Shown here: positions 54,403 to 64,000 of the stretch, in pieces
Position numbering within the stretch: position 1 is the stretch's first letter
Layout: the number at the start of each line of letters is the position of its first letter
NCBI RefSeq assembly: GCF_006345805.1
Contig: NC_043006.1
Location: 17,422,001 to 17,486,000, forward strand
From: Octopus sinensis
Taxonomy: Eukaryota
DNA length: 64,000 bases
Direction: 5' to 3'
Made by a program: the position numbers and the translations under genes
Notes under the pieces: generated by a model
Databases searched by the model: none
Told to the model about the DNA's origin: nothing
What the model saw: only the letters and a program-made list of their open reading frames with translations

Positions 54403-55536
54403 GTGAGATATTCTAAGTTGCAAATGATTTTTCACATAAAATTGATTTTAAGCTTCCAGTCTAAGAAACAGTGAATTAATTTTTGTGTGCACCACAAAGA
54501 TTTGTGTCTATTGAATTTGATGACCTTTTTTCAACATCAGTGAGCTAAGCAGCATGCAAATCTTGCACAGTTCCTTTTGAATATGATGTTCTGGAAACAA
54601 TTTAATGTTTCAAGAACATCATAGAATAATTTGATTTATATTTATCACATTTCATGGGTTAGACACAGAGAATGCCAAGAATAACATTAGTAAAGGAACA
54701 AAGCAATTCGGAATCAGTATTCACATTAATGTTTAGACATAGTCATTTTTTTTTCCTCGTTTTCTTTTTCTTTCTTATTATTTTCTTTTCAATCTTTTTT
54801 TTTGTTGTTGTTGTTTCTTAATTTCCATTTCTTATTTGACATCTACCAATCACAATTATTGCTATGATAGAAATAACTTTATTACTAGTCTTTATAGATA
54901 TGTTACTTTGTTACTTTGCTGTAAAGTAATTTTATGTCACAAAGATATTGTATAGAACAAAAAAGGCAAACCATCAAAATACAAGACACACATACACAAA
55001 CACACACACACACACACACACACAATCACACACACACACAAACACACACACACGTATATCCTGAGCTGCAAGGCATTCATAGATTTATGCATGGTCATTC
55101 CCATTCTTAAAACATTTAGCATCAATCACTTTCTTTGACTCACACCCATTACATGCAACTGCATTGACAATCACATAACTGCCGCAATGGCTGAATTCTC
55201 ATTCTAAATTCTTGCAAAGGGAAGTCAGGAAATGTCTTTGTAATATGACAGTTTTAAGCACAACTTGTATTTTAAAAGAAGTTAGAAGAAAAGCAAGCGA
55301 GACAGCTTCATGAAAATGTACTTTCATAAAGCACTTGTAATTTGATGTATGATCTTTTCACTTGTTTTCAATCAATAATCTCTCACTTTCTCTCATTTTT
55401 TTCCCCCTCTTTCTCTCCACCTCACACTGGTGAAATATTGGCACTTCAATGACTGGCTAACTGTTAAATACATCCATTCAATACATAGCTCACAGTTTTC
55501 TACAAACAAAATCTCTGTTAATCCGTACTGTTGCAG

Positions 55537-55665
55537 CCTGTTTTTTCTAATGATACGGAAATGATAAAAAAATATTTGCAGAAACAGTTCAAAGAATTAG
55601 TTCAATTACAGCAAATATTTCCTGATAAAGTTCACCACAGTGGTCATCTTCATTTCCATTGTTCA
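55537..55665 (+). CDS. Putative exon 9 (PVFSNDTEMIKKYLQKQFKELVQLQQIFPDK...); donor uncertain
   Basis: ccgtactgttgcag| acceptor, phase 0, protein-like open frame that coincides with ORF 55531-55782. Candidate exon ends are 55629, 55642 and 55665. Confidence 0.5.
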
Positions 55666-56079
55666 GTATTGTTATTTAATCACCCGTTTCACCCATTTCT
55701 TATCCTTTTCTTTATCAGAATGGTTTGCAGTGGGAACGATTTGCAGCATCTCATCTTACTTAATTTCATTTCTGATACTTAATGGTTCTCTAAATATTTT
55801 GTTCCAAATCTTTTCTTGCTTTGCATGTCACACGTGTACTGTTCAACATCCACTCAGATATCTCTTCGCTTCATATAATAAAAATCACAATTGCACTCAT
55901 ACACAATATACATACATACATGTGTGTGTGTGTGTATGTATAGTGATGCAAACAGGAAAAATAGAAATCAAAATAAAAAGTATATGTATAGTTTTATTTA
56001 TATTTAGTGGGAGCAACATAGTGACTCAAGGGCTGAGTCACTCTGTTGCTTCTCCTAAACATATATATATATATATTAT

Positions 56080-56126
<47 letters not shown>

Positions 56127-56410
56127 TATATATATTATATATATATATACGAAAGAAGGTTTGAAAATGCAATTTTAAAAGATGTTTATTTACTTTACCG
56201 GTTTCACTCTTTAGAAAAAGATTGTCAAAAGTAACATGTAAAAGTTTGGTTGTGTTAGTTATTGGTTGTCACAAAATGCTACTATACATATATACAGTCT
56301 TTGGCAACAAGAACATGTTTAGGACATAAAAAAGTTCAACAAGTTCATTAAAATATTGGACACAAAAGATTACAACATAAATATACATTCCCAAGAAAAT
56401 GTTAAAGATA

Positions 56411-56441
<31 letters not shown>

Positions 56442-56450
<9 letters not shown>

Positions 56451-56830
56451 TTAGAGACAAAACCACTATTATGCAAATCAAACAAAGAAAGACTTAATCC
56501 AATACATAAAAAAATTTATATAAATTAAATATAATTAAGATTAATTAAATTCAAATTTACTTCATAGTTCAAAATTGCATAGAAGGTCTTGAAACCACCT
56601 GATGAATGTCCATTGAAGTGACAAGAAACGATCGTAGTGGATATCTTAATTAATCTTAATTATATTTAATTTATATAAAATTGTTTATGTATTGGATTAA
56701 GTCTTTCTTTGTTTGATTTGCATAATAGTGGTTTTGTCTCTAATTAATATTATATTATATTTTACTATAAAATTGGATTCAATCCTAAATCTGATTTTAC
56801 CCTGTAAATTTGGATTTATTCCCTAATATT
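56442..56830. mobile_element. Foldback element (~110-bp inverted arms around a hammerhead-containing spacer); same family as about 40650-41010
   Basis: Arm ...ttagagacaaaaccactattatgcaaatcaaacaaagaaagacttaatccaatacat... with its reverse complement at about 56646-56757. The flank 56760-56830 matches 40650-40730 in reverse. Confidence 0.7.
56595..56640 (+). ncRNA. Type I hammerhead ribozyme motif with canonical core
   Basis: ccac-CUGAUGA-a-tgtc(cattgaagt)gaca-a-GAAA-cgatcg-UA-gtgg. Perfect 4-bp stem I, palindromic stem III, GUA site with the cut after 56636. Confidence 0.75.
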
Positions 56831-56902
<72 letters not shown>

Positions 56903-57584
56903 GCAGAGACAGAGAGAGAGATGGGTGTTTCTGTTGTAAGTAAACATGCACTCTGGGCAGCTGAGTGTTTGTGCAGTATTTTATAGTTTCCTTAGAGCCA
57001 GTGCATCTTCATTGAGGAAACCATTTAAATACAGAGTTGAGAACATGTAGAATCATACATATTATAATAATGTTTGATTTGATTATGAGGATGAAACAAC
57101 CCGATCAAGTGACATGAATACAAATATGTAGAATGGAAGAATAAATATATATATGCATACATACTCTCTCTCTGTCTCCCTCCCTCTCTATCTATCTGTC
57201 TCTTCTCTCTCTATCTCTCTCTCTCACACACATACATACATGTGCACACGCAACTCCTGTTCTTATGTCATTCATTAATTGATATTGCTCTGTAAACTGA
57301 TCTTATGAGTTTACAGCAAAGCATAAAAGCATAAATATATTGAGTTCTAACAATTGGTTTTAGTATTGTCATGCTTAAGTAGAATCATAAAATATGCATG
57401 TTTATATACAGACAATGTATACAGATAATATATGTGTGTATGTGTCATCATATACAGATTATGTATTGATACTAAAGTGGTGATCTCCACTGTTTATATT
57501 CTCCCAATGTCTTTGTTTCACTAAGAAAATAATAAGGAAGTGATAAGTACTTGTTCTGCCCTATTTTTCCATTTTTTTCTTAAG

Positions 57585-57620
57585 GGTATTAGTCATTCCA
57601 AGAGATCAATTCATAACTGG
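57585..57620 (+). CDS. Possible further small exon (phase 2: VLVIPRDQFIT-G; phase 0: GISHSKRSIHNW)
   Basis: Long pyrimidine tract plus TAAG| acceptor and |GTACTT donor, 36 nt. The phase link to exon 9 is not established. Confidence 0.25.
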
Positions 57621-58420
57621 GTACTTGTTATAAACTATTGAGATTTCAAGTTGGCATGTTGAATTGTGTTATAATTATCAAGTGCTAGAGAGGCATAATT
57701 GCTTTGTAATTGGTTCATCCTGAAATTAACGGATTAGTTTGATTAAACTTTTGGAACCTCGTTAATTTATTATCCGTAACACTTAACACATCTGTAATAT
57801 GAAGGACGTAAAGCTCTGAGAGTAGATTAAACACTTTATTATTGAATTTCATTTCCCATTTCATCTGTAACTAATCGATATGAAATAATTTTCATTTCAT
57901 TGATTCATGATTGCAAAGAGTATGAGTATCTTCCACAATGTTAGATCTATGACTTAATCTTGACTCCCGGTTAATCCATTCCACTTCAACGACTCAGATT
58001 TGTCAAGCATTTCAAGGGGAATAACTCGGAAAAGAATAGCTTATGGGAAAGTTAAACTGGTCTTGACATTGCTTACTAATAAAATTCTCTGATGTTCTTC
58101 CATCATTGTCATGAGGATTACTGGATGTATTGATAAATCTCCTCTTCCATACTTGTAAGAACTTACATAATTTTAGGGTTTCAAAATAAAGAATTTTGAA
58201 ATAAGATTGTAAATTTCCCGACTACTTAGTTCCTAGTTTAGTCCCACTGTGGCACCTTGGGTAATCTCCCTGTTTCATAGAAAGAGTCTTGCAAACTAAA
58301 AGTGAATGACTCTCCTCAGACGCAATAAAATATGCTTCAACACTTGAATTCACATAAAGAACCTTGCAAACCAAATTTTAAAAACAAAATTATTTGTAAA
58401 GAATAAACAGTTTTGAATGG

Positions 58421-58455
58421 TATGATATTTCGGAATAATATTCCTTCTTCAGATA
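58421..58455 (-). ncRNA. Minimal type I hammerhead motif with canonical core
   Basis: Minus strand: tat-CUGAAGA-a-ggaat(att)attcc-GAAA-u-AUC-ata. 5-bp stem II, palindromic AUAU stem III, only a 3-bp stem I. Confidence 0.6.
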
Positions 58456-59518
58456 TTCTTAGATGGAGTCGCTGCTATAATCGGTTTTCTAACGGCTTTT
58501 CTTTTTTATTTTTTGGAAGCATCAAATTATATTAAAACCTTCCATCAAATTTCATGTTGATTTGTGTTCCAAACAACCAGTTTAATAACGACAAAGTTAT
58601 TTTTATAAATTCTTTATTATTTTCAAAATTAGAATTGAAGCATAGACTGTATTTCAACAGAAATCATCATCATCATCATTTTAAGTTTCACTTTGTTGAG
58701 GCATAATTTCTTTAGTAGCTCAAGAAGACCCATCCTCCAAAACAGAAGTGCTAATGCTGCTCCTCCTGTTAGTCTCATGTAAAAAGCTCCCAGTACACTT
58801 TGTAAAGTGGTTGGCATTAGGAAGGGCAATTAGCTGTAGAAACCAAGCCAAATTAGAAATCAGCTGTGGTCAGACCTGGAGAAGAATGGACTCCAGCTGA
58901 CCTGAAAGGGCTCAAGACATGCCATAGCTCACAATGGGTCCCTTATAACTCCAATAAAGAGTTGAAAGGACCCAAGGCAAGGCACACATAAATACGCATA
59001 AACACTCATACACACACACACACAGATACACACAAATACAAGGTGGTGCTGAAAAGATCCTGGTTTGGGGCAAAAGAAAATACAGGAGGTTCAGTTAATT
59101 ATGATTTTATTCAACATATTTCCCTCTCAGATCTGCACACTTATTGCAGTGGTCCTTCAGTTTTTCTAAGCTCTGTAAGAGAACTCGGAATGTTGGACCT
59201 CCAATCAGGCCTTTTGTGACACCCTTAAAGCCAAGAACTTTCCAGCAACCCCTCGTACAATTGTATGTATATATAAGCAAATGTATCTATAACTCATGTG
59301 GAATAGAACAGTTTGATTGTAATTAACAATGGAACAGCAGGCACCATAATTCTTCAGAAAACCATTTGACATTGAAAGATTGGTTTTGCGAACACTCAGT
59401 AAATCGCCCCCTTAAACTATTTGGAGAGTTCAATTCAAAGAATGCAAACTATTGTTATTCTGTTTGTTTGTTTGTTTATTTTGATTTTGTTTTGGCTAAT
59501 TTTTCTTTTTCTTTCTAG

Positions 59519-59585
59519 ACTGATAGTTGTTAATTACAATGAGAGACTGATCGTCTGTCACGATAAAAGTAGTTGCTTTATTCCG
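59519..59585 (+). CDS. Possible further exon (LIVVNYNERLIVCHDKSSCFIP)
   Basis: Very strong acceptor ctaatttttctttttctttctag|, phase 2-0, weak donor |GTAGTT, CpG-enriched. It competes with minus-strand ORFs. Confidence 0.3.
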
Positions 59586-59779
59586 GTAGTTCATGTCAAC
59601 CAATGTCGGTTTCTCTGACTGGTTTGCACATAATAGCTGAAGTTCTCTACGATATTCATAAATTTCTTCTGTATCATTGCCTCTAACACATCTCCTATGT
59701 ACTGATGGCACCTACCGTATTATAAACAGAGAAATGATAACATCTCTTGTAAAATGCTGGCTCATGTGTTTTCTTGTGA

Positions 59780-60110
59780 TGTATACATAGATACATACAT
59801 ACATGCATATATGTGTGTGTATATATGTACATGTATATATATGTGTGTGTGTGTATATGTACATGTGTATATATATATACATATATACATACATGCATAT
59901 ATATACATACGTACTTACAAGCATACATACAGGTAAATATATATATATATGTGTGTGTATGTATATGTGTGTGTGTATATGTACATGTGTATATATATAT
60001 ATAATATATATATATATATATGTGTGTGTATGTATATGTGTGTGTATATATATATATAATATATATATATATGCATATATATATACATATGTGTAATATA
60101 TATATATGTA

Positions 60111-60160
<50 letters not shown>

Positions 60161-60324
60161 TATATATATATACACACACACAAATATATATATATATGTG
60201 TGTATTTATGTATATATGTACATGTACATATATATATATAATATATATGTGTGTGTATGTATATGTGTGTGTGTATATATATATATTTATTTATGCATAT
60301 ATATATATACATATGTGTAAATAT

Positions 60325-60376
<52 letters not shown>

Positions 60377-60520
60377 ATACACACATATATATGTATGTGT
60401 GTGTATATATATATATAAAGATATGTATGTATGCATGTATATATATATTCACATATTTACATATATATATATGTACATATATATATATGTGTGTGTGTGT
60501 ACATGTATGCATTCAGGTAA
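59780..60520. repeat. Long degenerate (TA)n/(TG)n microsatellite field; similar at 8240-8610, 14180-14390, 15060-15380 and 37200-37930
   Basis: Seen directly. Confidence 0.95.
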
Positions 60521-62956
60521 TTTATTATATAACTCCTTTTTTTGTATCGCTGTTGAGCAGTAAGTAGTTTAAATAATGCAATCTTTCCCCAGGCTGATTA
60601 TACACATCCATATACATACAGAAGCACTTTCACATGCGTGCATACAACATACGCACTCACACACATAAACACACACATGCGCACTCATGCAACAGGTGAG
60701 TATTAATCCTTTCCAAGGAAAACTCCACTTACCCTGTTGAGCCACAAAGTGTCCGGCATAAAAACGCTGAAAAGAGATTGAATAACAAAAAAAAAAAAAA
60801 ACGGTTTTAAGTTATCGGGAAATAGATATTTTTCCATCCTTTTGTTCTTTGAAATATATCCTGAAAAAGAGAAAAAAGAAGAACCTTCTTTCTGCAAAAA
60901 AAGACTAAAGTGCACATTTATTCTATTTCCTTCTATCAATTGCAATGTTTGAAACAAGAATTTGTTTCAGTTCTATGTTAGATGTGCTTATCAAAGCAAT
61001 AAGTTCTCTATTATTATTGTTATTATTATTATTATTTTTTTCTTATTATACTCCTGTTTTTCACTGATCCAATTCAGCAAATAGTGTTTTGTTGATGTTT
61101 TGTTAGCTTCAAGTTTATAATATCATTCTGATTTTAGATTACTTAATTTTAAAGACTGTATACAAAATCCAAGTTTCTTTGAAGTAGATTTATTTATTTC
61201 CTTAAGGAAGCTAAATTCACCTGGAAAAAAAAAAGAACAATTCTAATATTCTGTTTCTCCTGGAACGACATTAACCGCTCTAGGGCTGGCTGATCTGGTT
61301 GTTGTACAATGTACTTTCAAAATTTAACCAAAAGTATTTATAAAATTTGGCCAAAAGTATTTTATAAGAAAACTTCTGTGCATAAAATTATGCATGTTTC
61401 AGCAATGTCTTTATAGTCGTTTAGCTCTTGGCTAACTCCGATCAATCTATAATCATTATTCTTTTTTTCCAGATGTAGTATATCTTCAGTTATATTATCT
61501 AATGTTGTTAGAAAGATTTGGCTACTACTTCTAGTAAGTTGATTGGCTCAGAGCAGGCTGACCCTATTATGAAATAAAAGTGTTCCATCTGTAATCATCC
61601 CATCATATTTTGGCTTCTATTTCTAACAAGTTAATTGGCTCCCAGGTTGGCTTCTTAAGAAAAATATATGGAAGTCAAGGAAAAGATGTAAGGGAAAATA
61701 GTGTCGGTGCTTAATAATAACAACAATAATAATAACAATAATAATAGAGAACTTGTTCAGTGGTGGTGGTGGGCAGGACTCTTGACAAGGGTGAGATGCC
61801 TATGAGGAGGAAAACAAATTGGGTGGTCAATAGAATGAAATTGTGGACACTGGACTTCATCATCCTCATCACCACTACCATTTACAGCTACTTTTCCATG
61901 CTCTTATGGGTCAGATGGATTTATCTGAGGCCAGATGCCCTTCCTTTCACAGACCCTCCCCTATTTCTGTGCATAAAAAGAATAACAGTATGTATTTAGA
62001 TCTGTTTACATTTTACAATTCAGGTATTAAAAAATATGTAGCCTAACTGCATTAAATTGGTCTTAGGTGTTTTTGTGTCTGTTTGATTGCATTGTTAATC
62101 CTTCCATAATTATATTTCTTAATGAGTTCATTGCCTGTATATCTTGAGAGATATTCAATATATGTGGTTGCAATTAGTGTCTAAAAAGCAACTAATAGTT
62201 TTTTTATGAACTCTTTTTTTTTTAATTCTCTCACAGTTCTCAAACATAGGCACTGCTACTAGACTGGGAAAGAAGAAAACAATATTCAGTATTTACTTTT
62301 GACTGTCACACTAATTTATATAAGAATTCCTTGAGAAATTTGGTCAATAATGCTCAATAGAGTCATGTGAGCTACTTGTAGTCATAATTGGTCTAAATAA
62401 GATCTCCAATTATGAATGTTCACAGACCAAATGAAAACTGAAAAAAATACAAAATTTCATGACAGTTGATAAAGCATTTTCCCAATAAAGAATATATGTG
62501 GTTTTGGTTCTTTAGTGTTATCTGGAAGCAGACCTCTGTTAGAAACTCTTTTTGTTGGTAACCTCTAGCAGCAATCATTTCTAAAAGAATGTTATTGTGA
62601 AGACACAATATGTCAAGAATATGAGTTACTCTTACACCAGATGTATAAATCTAATGTTTAATTTAACACGTACATCTGCTCTTTCTACCTTTCCTCTTTC
62701 TACCATTCCTACCACTACTACAGCATTCTCTGTTCCTGAGTTGACTTGTTTTGTGCCATCTCAGATACCACCACCAATTCCCTTGTCTTTCCTCTTCTTG
62801 TCATGGATATTGCATCTGCCATCTCCAAGTTTTACTCTAATCCCTACATTCAGTTTCTCTTTCTTAAAATATTACCCCCCAAACACCTCATTGAAACTTT
62901 CCCTTTGACCATATTTATCCTGCGGCCAATTTCACAAGGAATATTAATTGTATTAA

Positions 62957-63203
62957 TCCTTTGGCATTCAGGTTATTCTGTCAAATGTAATGTTTATTCA
63001 TTCACATTGTTTTGAATTAATTATGTATTATCTCATAGCTTCGGGATTTCAAAGATTTGATCATTTATTTTTTTCAAAGATGTGATCATCTGTTTATTGT
63101 AGGGTACGTAGGAATGACATTGTGAGAGGCCAGATCTGGCCATTTTGAATATATAACAAGTAGAATATTAGGGCCTGATACCGTCTGTTCAAATGCTAAA
63201 GGG
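62957..63203. mobile_element. piggyBac-like TTAA MITE, family 2; copies at 23769-23994, 35441-35661 (inverted) and about 47098-47310
   Basis: TTAA|(C/T)CCTTTAGCAT ... ATGCTAAAGGG|TTAA termini and a shared internal sequence. Confidence 0.75.
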
Positions 63204-63547
63204 TTAAAGTATTGGCATGGATTGGATGGTTTAATGAGAGCTAGCAAGCAGGAGAGTCGCACCAGGTCCCTGTCTGATTTGGCTTGGTTTCTATGGCTGG
63301 GTGCTTTTTATGTGGCTTCAACACAAGTGCTTTTACATAGCATCAGCATAAGCACTAATACATGGTGCTGGCACACATGCTTTATACTTGGTACCGGCAC
63401 AGGGCTCTTGCAGACCAATCCTCTTCAGCAGGGGGAGCAGCATTAACACTTCTGCTGTGGAGGACAGATCTTCTTGAGTGCAGCAAACCTCCAGATATCT
63501 TAATCCTTTGTCATCTCCTTTGTAATATGGTAATATGGTATACCATA

Positions 63548-63930
63548 TCATCATCATCATTTAATGTCCGTTTTCCATGCTAGCATGGGTTGGATTGTTC
63601 ATCCGGGGTCTGGGAAGCCAGAAGGCTGCACCAAGCTCCAGTCTGATCTGGCAGTGTTTCTACAGTTGGATGCCCTTCCTAACGCCAACCACTCCATGAG
63701 TGTAGTGGGTGTTTTTACGTGCCACCGGCACAGATGCCAGGAGAGGTTGGCAACGGCCACAATCGGTTGGTGCTTTTTACATGCCACCGGCACGGAAGCC
63801 AGTCAAGGTGGTGCTGGCATCGACCACATACGGATGGTGCTTTTTACATGCCACCGGCACAGGTGCCTGGGGAGGCTGGCAACAGCCAAGATCGGTTGGT
63901 GGTTTTTACGTGCCACGGACACGGAAGCCA
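63548..63930 (-). mobile_element. RTE 3'-end fragment; similar at about 5400-5858 (+), 6540, 12008, 17520, 18054, 18765, 21325-21665 (+), 22823, 34385, 36935, 37938, 52990 and 53850
   Basis: (CAT)n followed by ...ttccatgctagcatgggttggacgg...ggatgcccttcctaacgccaaccactc, matching the 3'UTR of the long RTE copy. Confidence 0.85.
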
Positions 63931-64000
63931 ATATAATGTATAGATCGTGTGGTGAATATATTGTCATCTAAATTATGCAAAAATGAAAATAACACTGACA

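Noticed and set aside
61473-61533. Exon-like segment (ttttttccag|...|GTAAGT)
   Set aside because: It lies in an internally repeated, SINE-tail-like sequence (ggctactacttctagtaagttgattggctc / ggcttctatttctaacaagttaattggctc).
85-63971. Dozens of long ORFs rich in YI, HT, CV, LS and II repeats
   Set aside because: They are translations of (TA)n, (CA)n, (TC)n and (ATT)n microsatellites, which lack stops in some frames.

Overview
AT-rich, microsatellite-saturated eukaryotic DNA. The repeat complement (tRNA-headed SINEs with internal (TA)n/(TG)n tracts, RTE LINEs with (ATG)n tails, TTAA MITEs, mariner relics) suggests an octopus or other coleoid cephalopod; this is an inference. Almost all ORFs in the supplied track are microsatellite or antisense-repeat artefacts. 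Three things are real or likely real. (1) A 5'-truncated, frameshifted RTE LINE at 29951-32782 (-) whose RT carries an inserted C4HC3 PHD-type finger. (2) A manually assembled, phase-consistent chain of nine small + strand exons from 9774 to about 55.6 kb, encoding at least ~256 aa of a protein I cannot name. (3) Six hammerhead-ribozyme-like motifs plus one half motif inside the presumed introns, a feature usually linked to Penelope-like elements and retrozymes. These include a tRNA-headed SINE carrying a hammerhead (43294-43530), a hammerhead in the loop of a ~110-bp foldback (56442-56757), and an inverted pair whose core is GUGAACA, a compensatory G3-C8 swap of CUGANGA (41689-41968). All coordinates were read by eye, and repeat boundaries are approximate.
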